64,000 nucleotides of DNA from Camelus dromedarius (GCF_036321535.1 NC_087447.1:34350001-34414000), one strand, 5' to 3'. Numbered from the stretch's first letter, positions 24,623 to 37,500 are shown. Notes: generated by a model not told the origin, from the sequence alone. Program-made: numbers and translations.

Positions 24623-24699
24623 TTAGATGGAACCAGCTGAAATCGCCAATAACGACTATTTCTGACTCAAAAATGGTAACTTCATATGGATTGACCTAA
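24623..24699. mobile_element. MADE2 (mariner-derived palindromic MITE)
   Basis: TTAGATGGAACCAGCTGAAATCGCC...AAAAATGGTAACTTCATATGGATTGACCTAA matches the recalled ~80-bp MADE2 layout. Confidence 0.75.
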
Positions 24700-25739
24700 T
24701 GATATTTAATGATATGTCCAGTCTCCTAACATTCTCTTACCAACTACAAAGAAAACAGTTTTCTAACAAAGACCACAGCCTATTCTGGTGGGTTCCCAAA
24801 TCAGTGTCTTTGCTCCCTGTTCTGTCCCCTTCCTAGAACAGTGCTGGCCTCGAATGTCCCCTCAGTTGTTGGCATTTGGGCTTTATTGGGCTGGGGCTAG
24901 ATACAGATACACTTGTTATTTCACCAGAAAACCATGGGAATTGGAGCCCCACCTAAAACAGTAGAAATGGCAGGGGTGGGGTCGGGAAAAGCAATCAATA
25001 TTTGTCAGGTAGAAAAGGACCCGATCATAAATAGGAAAAATATTTTCAACTTCCCCTGAGGGTAATGTTTTTGTAAATATATTTTTGTTTTATTTTCCCG
25101 AAAAGATGACTTTGGTGGCCTCTTAAAGCAGGCTGTTGTGAACCAACTCTTTGAAGGGCCATGGTGTATTTATGGCACGTTTTGGCTTCAAACACTGAAC
25201 AACTGACTACTGTGTTCACTTCAGTGTGGTACCCCTGGCTGACAGAGACATAAAAAGCGTGTGGAAAATTGTTTATCTTTCCTCTAGCTATCACTGCTCC
25301 AAACTCATGACAATGGGGAAAGTTTATGGTACAAGCCATCCATCTGCTATCTCATCCCAAACACGGCATCCCCTCCCCTCCCATCACAAGGGGACCCATG
25401 GCAGGTGAGAGTCACGTGCAATTATGACTTCAATCACAGAGGAAACCAAGGACCCCAGCAGAGATGGGCTGGTGGCAGATAAGTGAAAGAGAAAATGAAC
25501 CTCAAAATATTGGAGCAGGTGGGCACCAAACATCCAGTCTCAGCCATAGGTAACCAGGGAGTTATTGAGCTTGGAGAGAAGGTGCTGGTCAGGTCCTGGT
25601 GCAGCAGGGACCCTGAGCAAGGAGCAAAACCTGTCCTTGGTAGAGACAGCCAACTGTAAGGGAGCCTTGGCTGCCCTGTGACCTCAGTTTTGGGGTCCAT
25701 TAAATGTGCGATAGCATGTAGAATACTTACCACCAGGTT

Positions 25740-25915
25740 TAATTTATATGATATTTGCTTGTTTATTGATCATCTCTGTCCTTCCCCTTATCTCAACATA
25801 CATGCACACACTTGAATTCAAGCTCCATAAGAGCAGAGATTTCTTTCTGCTGTATCCACGGAGCCTAGAACAATGACAGGTCCTCAACACATATTTGTTG
25901 ATTGAATGAATGAAA
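25740..25915 (+). mobile_element. L2 LINE 3' end
   Basis: AAGCTCCATAAGAGCAGAGA...CTGCTGTATCC...GCCTAGAACA...ATATTTGTTGATTGAATGAATGAA. Confidence 0.85.
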
Positions 25916-25956
25916 TAAAATGGCCTATTCAGTCAATATGCAAAAAATGCCTGTGG

Positions 25957-26074
25957 GGAGCTGGGCAGGTGGCATAGCTCAGTGGCATAGCTCAGTGGCA
26001 GAGCGCGTGCTTAGTATGCACGAAGTCCTGGGTTCAATCCTGAGTACTTTCATTAAAACAAAATGAAACAAAAC
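25957..26074 (+). mobile_element. tRNA-Ala-derived SINE (camelid Vic-1-type)
   Basis: Body resembles tRNA-Ala(AGC): ATAGCTCAGTGGCAGAGCGCGTGCTTAGTATGCACGAAGTCCTGGGTTCAATCC; A-rich tail; 14-bp TSD AAAAA(T/C)GCCTGTGG at 25943-25956 and 26075-26088. Confidence 0.88.
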
Positions 26075-27129
26075 AAAAACGCCTGTGGAGGCAACAATAC
26101 TACTCAAGCATTAGATAAAATTTGATTTTGCTCGTTATCCTCCACTTACTGAGGCAGGAAAGTCAATCCTAGTTTAGAAGGATTTGCAACAATAAGGCAT
26201 GAAACAAGGAACAGTTTCTCCTTTACTGGAAAACTCCATTAATCAGAACATCCCTGCGTGGATATTTTGTCTATAGAGCACAGCATATTTAGATGTTTCC
26301 AGATATTCGTATGTTTAACATTAGGTAGCACCAAGCTATGAGATTTCTCAGACAAAAGCAAGCAAAAGCAAATATGTGACTGAGGGGCCAGATGACCCGA
26401 CCTCTCAGACATGAGTTTCCAGGGGGCACATGTGAACAGAAGTGCCTGGTGAGTCACAGATCGGGGAAGTCGCTTGTAGCCTTCCACCCAGCTCAGCTGA
26501 GACCCGAGCCCCCAGCGAGGCCCCGAGCCGGGGTGGGGATTTCTCCCAGCGAGTCTGCGAGCACGGCCAGAGCTGTCGGATGATCCCATTGATGTCTCTT
26601 TGGCAGAAGAGCCTCGCCCGAAGTCACAGAGGGCCCACAGATGTCACGCTGGCGCCCTGCCATGGAATCACGGCCTGGGTCTCTCACCGTCATGGTCGGC
26701 CCCACAGAAAACCCTTCAAACCACCAGGCCAGACAGTGGCAGGGCCTGTGCCTTATGGAAAGTATTCTCAGCCCCGCACTTCTAATTGATAACAGAGCAC
26801 ACGGGCTTTCAAGCATTTAGTTGTCGATTCCGACAGAGGTCTTTTGGCCCAGATAAACCCAGTGATACCCAGAAATGAAGGAGGGAAGGTGGGCTTCGGA
26901 CTTCTTTCCTTTCATTTCTAGGTAGGGTATCATATTCACAGGAAGCTGGGCGGGTGAGAGTCAGGGCTGCTGCTCTTCATGGCTGAGGGCGTCCTCACCC
27001 ATGACAAAGGCACAGGAGTGGGCCAGGTGGGCCTGCCAAGGTGGGAAAAGCCGGAGGAAGACCCAAGAAGATACCACTGTCAGCTGGTGTGAGAGAGTGG
27101 GATGGGGCTGGGACCCAGTGAGTGACTGC

Positions 27130-27425
27130 TCGGAACTGCTCGGTAGCCGCCGGCCACGTGTGACAACTTCATACTTGAAATAGGGCAAGTTCGAACAGAG
27201 ATGTGCTCTAAGTGTGAAATACACACTGAGTTTTAAAGATTTTGTATGAAAAAAAGGATGTCAACTACCTTGTTAATAATGTTTCTCTTGAAGTGAGAAT
27301 ATGTTGGATATTCTGGGTAAAATAAATATATGAAAATGAATGACTTCTGTTTCTTTTGTACTGTTGCTGCTGGACAATTTAAAATATATATGCGGCTCAT
27401 ATGATATTTCTACTGGACAGCGCTG
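27130..27425 (-). mobile_element. MER33 (hAT-Charlie MITE)
   Basis: GAGATGTGCTCTAAGTGTGAAATACACACTG...ATATTTCTACTGGACAGCGCTG terminus. Confidence 0.85.
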
Positions 27426-27444
27426 ACCTAGAGCCCTGTGACAC

Positions 27445-27593
27445 CAGGTCTGATCCCTAGAATATTAGCAGCATCACTAGGAGCTGGTTAGAAATGCAGA
27501 CTCTCAGGCCCACCCAGACCTACCCAAACAGAACCTGCGTTTTAAACAAGATCCCCAGGTGGTTCATTTACATATTAAAGTTTGCAAAGCCCT
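27445..27593 (+). mobile_element. MER5A1
   Basis: GTTAGAAATGCAGACTCTCAGGCCCACCCAGACCTAC...AACAAGATCCCCAGGTGGTTC. Confidence 0.85.
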
Positions 27594-29755
27594 GGCCTAA
27601 GCCATCCCCTAGGACTCCTGGCTTCCCTATGGGTGAAGGCCATCTTTGAGGGCTACAGCAGAACAGACCTCAAGAAAGAAAACTTTTGTCTGCATGGTGT
27701 TGTGGCAGGAGTCAGAGTTTGGAAGTCATGGGATCTGGCTTCTATGCCTGACGCTGCCTTGAAATTGCTGTGCGACCTTGGGTAAGTCACTGCCTCTCTC
27801 TGGGGCCACTTTCCCATCCTACAAAAGAAGAACTAGGAGACCTTTAAAGCTCCTGCAGGAGCTTCACCTTATACCAGCTGGTTTGACTGGAACCTGCTCC
27901 TTTTGCAAAGGTTCCCAGGTAAATTCTAGGGGAGGTTTTGTTGTTACCTTGGCTTTTGCATCAGTCCTACTCAAAAGAATCACATATAGTGGGGAACTGA
28001 TAAATATGTTTTCGCATGTTTTAGGATGATCTCCTTTGAGTCCTGAGAACTTATTTTAATTAATAAATATTTTTGTTACAATATAGTATCAAGCAAATAC
28101 TAAGTGCTGGGACTGATCTAAATACTTTACACATGTTGTCTCATTTAACACTTGCAATCACCCCAAGAGACAAGGCTCACCATAACTTTTTAGAAATATG
28201 TATACACACACATACAAATATATATATATATAATTAAAGCACAGAGAGGTTAATTAAATTGCCCGAGATCATACAGCTGGTAAGTGGTCATTCTGGATTT
28301 TACTTCAGGTTAGCCCAACTCTTCATCCTTAACCAAAATAATCAACTCCTTCTTGTGCTGTTCTGAAACACCTACATGCCCAGCCTCCAGTCTACCAGGG
28401 GTGCCTATTCTCAACTTGCCACATTTGCTTTTGGTTTCCATGCTCCAGAATTTTCTCCTGACACTACTGACATCAAAACTCCAGAGGACCTCATCCTTGT
28501 TAGTTGTCCCATTGGACTGCCAGCCCATAACTGTGGATACCGGGCACCACCAGCAGCCAGGGTACCATATTGTTGCTCCACAGGGAGAACAAGCATTCCA
28601 CACAGGTGTGTTGACCCTGACTCAGGGCCCCCCAGACTTTGGCCATGAAGTCATGACTGGCCAGGAGAGGAATGGTCCAGAGAGGCACCCTGAGACTGTG
28701 AGGCAGTAATAATAGGGAGGAGAAAGGAGACTATTTTAATTGATATAAGTGAATCAAGTCAACTCACAAGGCTAAACTCTAGGTTCTTTCTGCAGCATTT
28801 ACCTGATTCCCACATGGCGGTCCATATCATGCATTTGGCAACCACGCCAATCTCTCTCTTTGAACTCAGCGCCCACACATCAGAAGTCTCCTGGGAAAGA
28901 CATTCTGTCTGGCTGCTATACTGACATCAACACCCAGTACACACGCACTGTGGCCAGGCTGGTTAGGATGGGGCAGGCTGATTAATTTGTCCCCAAGGAA
29001 ATAATCTGAAAAGGGTTAATGCTAAAACAAGCCTGTTTCTTTTTAAAGATCCCTCTCTTCTCCCATGAACACAATTTTCTGTAAAAACAGCTCTACTCAT
29101 AAGGTAATCACAGCAATGCCACTGTAGCCAGACATCCAAAGGCAGTTCCGCTGGCCGATTGTGAATGCAGTCTGATGAGGGCCTGTCCTGCCTGGCCAAG
29201 GTCTCCCCCGAAGCCAGGTTCCACCCATCCCTGCTCCAGCCCTCGGCCACTTGTGCTGTCACAGCCTTTGCCCTGAGCCCTGTTCCCAACCCTTGCTTCT
29301 ACCTTACACACCTCTTCCCAAACATGTCCTCCCATCCCAGGTTCCAGGCTTCTTGCCTCATCTCTTGATGATGTCTCTGTACTTACCCCCTGGAAGTGAC
29401 ACATCACTGTGACTTTGGCATGCCAACCTCTCATTCTGTAACTCACACTGTTCCCGTAGATGATTCCTCTCTGGCTGTTCCAGAAACTGGCTGAGGCTGG
29501 CTCAGCTGGGCCTCCTCGACACTGTCCTGGCATTGTCTTGTGACCTTTGCCCAGGGCAAGCTTGTCTTGACCAAGGGGACTGAGAATGGACCACTGAGAA
29601 AGGCCACATCAGGATTCTCCCTCCTGATAGCTTCCCCAATAGCTTCCCTGGGAGCTCCTTGTGGGGACATACAAGGCTTTGCCTCTGTTGAGTTACTTCT
29701 GGCCAGGGGCTGAGCCTCCAGGCCTCTTTCCTTAATCTTTCTGGATTTTCATAGC

Positions 29756-29887
29756 TAAAGTGACCATATGATTTTTCATCCAAATTGGGCTTTTTGGGCA
29801 GGGGAAGGAGATGCTATTAATAATCATGCCTGCACAATAGGCATAAATTGGGACTGTCCCAGGCTAACTGGGGTTTTAAGTACCCTT
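29756..29887 (+). mobile_element. MER94 (hAT-Blackjack MITE)
   Basis: GTGACCATATGATTT...GCTATTAATAAT...GGGACTGTCCCAGGC...ACCCT. Confidence 0.75.
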
Positions 29888-31204
29888 CCACAGAGCCTAA
29901 CTTTCTTCTCAGTGACACAGCCTGATAATAACTAAGTCCCTGTGTTGTATGCACTATACTGTGACCTCCTTCAGACAGTATCACTTAGACCTGCCCACAG
30001 AAGTACCCCTAATGGCACAGGAGAGCTGGTGTGTATACCTCCTGGTGACTGATGCATTCTGCAATGGGACCACCTAAAGCCTCATGACAGCAGGACTTTT
30101 CTTTGAAGTCTAGAAGGGCATATATACATTTTTGTCATTCTATTTAATAATATATCCTCATTTTGCCTTTTAAAAAACTACTTGTATATTATTCTCTCAA
30201 CACGTACAGTGAAATTGATGCCCGGGAACATGCTGGCTGCAGGTTTGCCCTGGGGTCTTGTGTACCTCCCAGTTCTGCAGTGTCACCTGAGAAGCATGAC
30301 GTCACAGCAGCCTCACACCAGGTCGGGGTGCAACGGTGGACAGAATATCACTCACACGCATGTGTCCGAAGTGTTTGTTGTGATGAATGAGAATTCCACA
30401 GACCAATTTCTAGATCAGGATCTGAGCTCGCCTAAGCATTGGACTTTCCCCTCTACTGAGTCTTCCGTCCCTTCGTGTATAGCAAATACGAGGCCAATCT
30501 CCCTTCCCTGCAAGAGTCTAGGGGGTGGTTCATGATTATGCGACTCAAAGCCCCAGATGGGATGCTTTGCCCCTCATGTAGAGTTTCTCGAACTCAACAA
30601 CAGGCCAACTCTGTGGGAGACCCTCCCCATATGGGGGGTGTTCGTGGTGGGCCCCATCCCCCCTTTCAACTCATTCCATAGTTTCTGAAGAAACCAGAAG
30701 GCAGTTCCCCCAGGAATCAAATCTCGAGTGCTGGAGTTCACAGCATTCTCATCTGGCTGGAGGATGGAGGCCAGGTTGGGGCACAGAGGCTCTAGGTCGA
30801 ATCTCCTAGACTCAGCTGGGTGTGACTTCCTTAGTAAGGACTGATCGAGCCCTGCAGATGGGGCAAGACTTTCATCCCTTGTGATCCCACAGTCTCCCCG
30901 TGCATCTCTCTCACCTAGCAATGTCCTACACCACTCACACAACACACAAACACACACACAAACACACCCAAAGTCTGTCCAAGAACATCAAGTCATTCTT
31001 CCTTTCTGTCTGGAACCTGCAGTCATTCGCCATGTCTGAGGATTTAGTACCTCTTGTGTGAATTCCTTCCCTCCTCCACCTCCTTCCTGCAAGACTTACA
31101 ATTTCCCTGGAGATGAAAGGATAATTTGAAAATTAACTTCTTATTTCAGTCTCTCTCCATAGCTCCAGGAAATATCCTTAGATCAAAACACAGGGGGCTG
31201 GGAA

Positions 31205-31380
31205 GGTAACGATTAGGAGGGGGCATGATGGGGACTCCGGGTGGCAGGTAATGTTCTATGCCTTGACCTGGGTGGTGATTACATGGGTGTGTTCACTTTG
31301 ACATGATTCATTCCCCTCTACACGTATGTGTGCTCTTCTCTGAATGCATGTGCTACTTCAATGAAAGTTTAAATTTGAAA
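31205..31380 (+). mobile_element. Old L1M (L1MD/L1ME) 3'UTR
   Basis: GGTAATGTTCTATGCCTTGACCTGGGTGGTGATTACATGGGTGTGTTCACTTTG. Confidence 0.75.
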
Positions 31381-31647
31381 ACAAGCACAGGGTGAAAGGG
31401 AAGGCTCTAATCTGGAGACCTGCTATCAACATCTTTCTAGCTCTTTTCTGGTTCTCACATGTTAATAAAGCTGAGTGCTGTTATTAGGCCATCGGAGCTG
31501 CCACTGTTTCAAAGATGCGGGGCTGAAGGCCTGTACAGTCTTCCAGCTTCCAGGGAGAATGTTGTATGTTAGTCTTCAATCTCACGTGGCCCTGTCTAAG
31601 GCTCTGGGAAGACTCACTCCTAGAATACAATCAGGAGGTCCTAAGAT

Positions 31648-31905
31648 GAGAGGCAAAGTGCTTAAGAGCCAAGTGTTTGGAGGCAGACAGATAAACCTGT
31701 GTTCAAACCCTGGCTCTGCCACTTGGTAGTCATGTGATCTTGGGAAAGTTACACAAACGTTCTAATCTTCAGTTTCTGCATCTGTAAAATGGGGCTAATG
31801 ACAGTGCCAGCCCCATAGGGCTGATGTAGGAATTACCTGTACTGAATATAAAGGGTTTTGCCCAGGGCATGGCAAAAATATAAGTACCCATTAAAGACTA
31901 AATGT
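31648..31905 (+). mobile_element. MIR SINE (full length), followed by an opposite-strand MIR fragment at ~31910-32030
   Basis: GTTCAAACCCTGGCTCTGCCACTT...CAGTTTCTGCATCTGTAAAATGGGG. Confidence 0.88.
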
Positions 31906-34900
31906 TATCATTCAGTCCAGCCCCCTCACTTTATGTGAGGAAACTAAGACCCAGAGAAGGGAGAATCTTTTCTGAAGGTCACAGAGCCAAGATGTGACAA
32001 TGACAAGGACCAGCAATCACTCAGATCTTCTGGTACCTCCAGAAAGGCACAGGGGACATGGCTGGGGACAACATGGGGAGAGAAGAGGGCCCTGCCTTCC
32101 CAGCTCACAATGTGGGAGGCAGTGAATGGAGAGATACTGAACTACGATGATGACAAGCAAGCAATGGGTTATTCAATAGAGAAGTGACGGGAACATACCC
32201 CAGGGGACCTCAGAGAAATGAAGAGGCAAAAGGCCTGCAGGAAGGCACTGGGGCAAGGCAGGCATGGGTCCAGGGCACAGGACAATAAAGCGGCCCATGT
32301 TGTAGGAGTGCAGGGAGCCAGGGGGCGCGTGAAAAGCCTCAAAAGCCAGGCAGGGAAGTCGTGGACTTTATCCTACGGGATGTGAGAAGCTCCTGCAGGG
32401 TTTTAAGTTGGGAAGTGACATGATGAGATTTACTCTTTACAAAATCCCTGAGCCCTGAGAGAGAGTCCAGGTCCAAAGGCCCCAGCTGGTGCAGAGAGTG
32501 GGAGGGCCCCTGCAGCCTCAAACAATTTCCACGGCCAGGGCAGCAAGGGCCCTTAGGGCCTGGTGTATCTTCACTTGACAGATGGGAAAACCGAGGACCA
32601 GAGAGGGAGTGTGACTTACCCAAGGTCACTCAGCAACTTAGAAGCAGAGCTAGTCTGCTTCCTAAGTCTCCAGGCACAGTGCCTGATGCACGTGCAGCCA
32701 CCGCTGCACGGCGGACTCACTGGTTTGTATGAAAGTCTTTAACCTCAAATGGACCAATGGGCTCTTAATGGACAAGAATATGTCTAGAGGCACCAAATAC
32801 ATCTTTGCAGAATGAGGGAATTTAAGTGAATGGCCTTTTATTTGGCCCTGGATCTGCGCTCTTTCCCTCCATTCTTCCTTCCTCCTCTTGCTTCACAGTA
32901 TCTTGGAGACTGGGGAACTTGATGTCTCAGCCTGGCCACACCTGCAGACCTGCTCACGTAGAGACTAGGGAGGAGTGTGGCCACGGGCCCAATTCCAGCA
33001 GGGCTGCTTGAAGCCTGCTTCCACCACCCCTGCTGCTGGGTCTGGAAATTCCCAAGGATTCCTCCTCAACTGGTCCCCATGGATGGATGATATCACAGGT
33101 CTTTGAAATAAGAGGAAAACTCCTGCGAGGCTGGAAATGAAGGGGATTTAAAGCCAGATGGCAGAGCTTCTGAACGGAGAGGACAGGATAAGTCATCTAA
33201 ACACGCCAAGCTGAGAGGTCAGCTTGGGCCTCCGGGCATGAAGGGTTGGGGCTGCTGGGGACATGGGGCCCAAGGTGGGTTTCACGGCTGGGGTCTCCTC
33301 TGAGGGTCCTGACTGGGGTCAGCATTTGGGTCTTGCTCCCTTCTCACTCTAACCCCACATTAACCACAGGAAGAAGCTTTGGCTTTTCCAGAGAAATGGA
33401 TTTCCAGGTTCTAGCCCTACCAGAACCTGTGCTTATGGAGTGAAGGACTTAGGATGGGAAATTAACACTCAGTGAACACCCGTGACGACCCTACACTGTG
33501 CAGAGGACCAGGGGTTATAATGACCCAACGTGTGGCAATGTACCAACCAGTAGTTCTTTAGGCCACGGGGACAAGACCAGCCTGGGGGCACAGGGGAGGA
33601 CTCTTACTTGAAGGGAATGGGTATTCCCAATGCCCATCATCCTGAAGGTGCAGGAAATACGATGAGGCTTCGGACTGGATGAGGGATGAGAGATGAGGGA
33701 GATGCTTCTTCACCCTGATGCCCACGGGAGTTGCACCAGACCTGCCGTAGGGAGATATCACGAGCAGTCTGGGTCAGCGAGCTGCCCTTGGCTACACGGA
33801 AGCACTCTAGGAGCCAGGCAGCAACTTGCCACCACTGCTGACCATGGTAGAAGAAGCAGCAACTCAAAGAAGCAGCAATTTTGGTGATAATCAATATCTA
33901 AGCAACACTCAAGGGGGCATGTCTGAGTGCCTGCGCCTCTTCTGAGGGGTGAGAACAGCCCAGACTGACCCTTGGATCAAGGCCAGCACTTGCCCTTGAC
34001 TTCTGGGTTCTCGGAGATAGCCAGTGGTGGTGACAGCTGAAGCAAGCGGTGGGCATTAATAACCCAGATGTGGTGTGGGGACAAAAAGGGCACCATGGAA
34101 CAGAAGAGCCCCCTCCTGAGCACGTGTAAACCAATACCCTGGGAGACCCCTCAGAAATGATGGGGGTGGGGGAACATTGTCACAGGGGCTCATGTCTGGT
34201 AAGGAAACCTAAACCATAATAGTTGACATAAAAAGGAAGTATAATTCTATTTTAAACTGAGCGCAGAGACATACAGATTATATACTACCTCACTTTGTCG
34301 TTGCTAACCCTTTGAGGGAAATAGAAATAATTATTATCCCCACTTTATAAATGAAGAAACTAATATTCAGAGAAGCCATGTCAGTGATCTCCAGTTTTTA
34401 GAGTTCACAAAGGAGCAAGTTAAAAAAAAAAATTGAGGGAGTATATATGGGTTGCTAACTTTTACTTAATGTTCCTAAATTAGGAAATTTAAAACCCCCA
34501 ATTTGGTATATCTACAGTCAGTATCTCTTTTTGGTAAAAAGAAAGGATATTTTAACATCAAAAATGTAGCAGACAAGCTAATCGGTGTGAAGGCTGGTCT
34601 TTTAAACTGAATAAAGTTATACTTGAAGACCTAACTGAACGTCCTTCTTTGTCTCACCTCCCCGGAGACCTGTGAGGTGCAGCCCTGTCCTTATGCCGGT
34701 CTGTGGAGTAGAAGCTGGGATCCCAGGGGCTGAGTGAGTCACCCAGCCCCAAAGAGGCAGCACCAGCTGTGCTCCACTGTGGTCGGGGCAGAGGAGACCC
34801 ACGGATGCACCCCAGGGTGCTCCAGGGACTGTCTGTGTTCTTGTCTGGCTGTCCTGTCCACAGGCCTCTTAGATGGGCTCAGTTGCCAAGCTGAGAAATC

Positions 34901-34989
34901 AACCAGTCACACCAGTACAGATGACCTGGCTGAGCTCAGCACTGTGCGTTTTTCTCTGTGCCAAAGTATGGCCCATAGAATCCAGACCT

Positions 34990-35552
34990 TGCTGGGACAC
35001 AAGCAGCTAAAGAGAAAGCCAACCCAACTCTCCTGGATGGTCAGGCCCCCCAAGATGGCTGTTCTCTTGCTCTCTGTACATCTGCTAGACCAGTCCCTGC
35101 TTCATTACACCCTGTTCACCTGGCTGACCTTCCCTCTTAACCATGGTGCCTAATCAGTAAATGCCTACATACTTGCCCAACTTGCCTGAGGCCCCAGCTA
35201 GTGATTGTTCTAATCTTTAGATCACAACATCTGAACTATGATAGCTTATCAAAGGGGTGGTGAGGGGCCTGCTCCTCTGCTGGTTTCCCTGGTAACTGAT
35301 GAGCCAACCTGATACAAATCCCCCCATAACTGGTGACTCCTCCCTTCACACCCCCTTCCCTCCTGGCCGACACAGAAGTGAAGACTGCTGTCATGTCCTG
35401 CCCACCATCTGCTGCACTCGGCAGGACCTTGCTTCAGACATGTAAGTTCCCCTTGTCATTAAACCACTGATGCCTCTGTTGCTGACTCTAGGCTTCTTTC
35501 CCTGAGGCTGGGCAGGGACAGGGCTTACAAGCCTGTGGGGTGCAGCCCAACA
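34990..35552 (+). mobile_element. Solo LTR (ERV1-like, family not assigned)
   Basis: Termini TGCTGGG...CCCAACA (near-inverted TG..CA); ATTAAA ~95 bp before the 3' end; ~560 bp; no clear TSD. Confidence 0.6.
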
Positions 35553-37299
35553 TCTCCTTTTTCTCTTTCAGGAAAACACACCACTGAACCTTCATCCCCA
35601 AGCTACTGCCATGAGGCTTTCTGCTCCCTGGACACCCTGCTTGGATGAAAAACAAAACCATTCTCTCTCCCTGGCTGTCCCCATTCAACCGGCTTAGAAG
35701 GGTCTCAGAACAAGACTATTGATGCTTCCCCAAGGCAATCCAGGGCATTCTTGCCTCCCCAGAGAATCACAAAATATTAGCACTGCAAGGAACTTAAAGG
35801 ATAGTTTAATCCAACACACCCATGTTATATATCAAAAGCAAAGTAGCTACTAAAACCTAGGTCTTCTAACTTCTAGCCAGAGCCAGGGCGGCATAATTGA
35901 CAAATTACAGATGAACCTGGATCTGAGTCTAGTCCTCCCTCATCCTAGCTGTGCGACCTTGGGGTAAACCTTCACTTCTCTGAACCTCAGCTTTGTCAAC
36001 TGAAAGATGGGTACAATACACACCAGCCTCCAGGATTCCTTCAGGGATCAAGCGAGGCCATGTATGTAGAACATTCCAAACCATGCTGTCATGTTGTCTG
36101 TACAGTGTTCAGGACATGGCTCCTTCTAGGCAGCTTACCAACTTCTCTAAGGCTCAGGGGTTCCATCTGTTAAGTGGGGACAATAATTGGATTATAGGAG
36201 CTAATGCGTGTATGTTAAAGACTTAGCCCAGTGTTTAGCACAGAGCAAGCACATGGAAGCAATTATTATTGGCACATAACCATTATCAGCCCCTTCTCTC
36301 TGTTCTCCTCTCGTCCCTCTCGAGTCTCCCACTCCTCAAAGTAGACAAATGAAAAGGGCAACATGCAGGGTGAGTACTTTGTATGGCAGGTGAGGGCCCA
36401 TCAAGGGCCACGGGCCTTTGCCCTGCCTGAGGCTCTGGCAGTGGTCAGCAGCTCTGGAGCCCCAAGGGGTGAAGTACACTCCACAGCTGGCCCCTCCCTC
36501 AGGAACTTGATCAGGGTCCTGTGGCCAACACAAGCTTTCCCAGTGATCTGGACATCTGTCTAATTCCCTTCTCAGTTAGGTCCCTCAGGTGGAGGGTCCT
36601 AAATTCTGCTTGTGAAAGCACCACGCAGCCTCCTGACCATTCCATCCCTGCAGGAACCCCACTCAGATGGATAGATTCCCTAGGTGGCTTCCTGACCATC
36701 TGGCTGGAGGAAATGCTCACCAGGCATCGGTCAGAGGCTCTGGGCCCTGTAGACACATGCCATGTGAAGGGAATTCCTGGACCCCAGACTCTGACTTGCC
36801 AGGAACTGTCCAGAGCCTCTTAGAGCCACAGACCATCAGCGAGAAGGATCAAGGGGCCCTTCCCAAGGAGGAGAGTCCATCGCTGGACCCCATCAGACTG
36901 GTCCCCTGCTCTGGAGGATTTAGGGAGACCAGGGGCAGTTCCTGCCAAATAATCAGGTCAATGAGCTTCAAAAAGACAGTCAGCCTGCTCCCAACCCAGC
37001 CAGCCATTTCACATGGCGTGGTGGAACCACCCCCTACTTTGAGAAAGAGACCTGAGTTCAAGTGCTAACTTTGCCACTGCCCGGTGGCACCACTCAAAAC
37101 CTCATTTCCTCATCTGGAAAATGAGGGTCATCTACCCTATCTAATGAATATTGTGAAAATGAAACTGAAAGTTGATGATTGCTTAGTTCAGTCCGTGGCA
37201 CACTGTCATTATTCAGAGATGACCCATTTAGGGCAAAGGACGGCCAGGCCAGGGACACCCCTGAGAGGCTCGCTGCTGCACATGACACTGTCCCCTGAG

Positions 37300-37500
37300 A
37301 GTAGGTCATCTGTATTCAAATCCTGGCTCTGCATCTCTCTCTACCACACTCCTTAACTGTTCTGTGCCTCAGTTTCTCTATCATGGGGATCATGATAATA
37401 CCTACCTCACATGGGCTTATGATGATTAAATTTTTAATGTAAAGTGCTTAGGACAACGCCTGGCACTTAGTAAGTGCTCAGTAAATGTTGGTGATTAATA
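37300..37500 (+). mobile_element. MIR SINE
   Basis: TTCAAATCCTGGCTCTGC...TGTGCCTCAGTTTCTC...TGTAAAGTGCTTAG...TAAGTGCTCAGTAAATGTT. Confidence 0.85.

Noticed and set aside
25957..26053. Functional tRNA-Ala gene
   Set aside because: Duplicated 5' segment, altered anticodon, degraded acceptor stem, A-rich tail and TSD indicate a SINE
31648..32030. Inverted MIR pairs (also ~37300-37860 and ~57920-58300) as dsRNA/editing substrates
   Set aside because: The copies look too diverged for stable long duplexes, and such pairs are expected at this MIR density
34420..34620. AT-rich segment ending in AATAAA, considered as a retrocopy 3'UTR
   Set aside because: No poly(A) tail after the signal and no TSD; left unclassified
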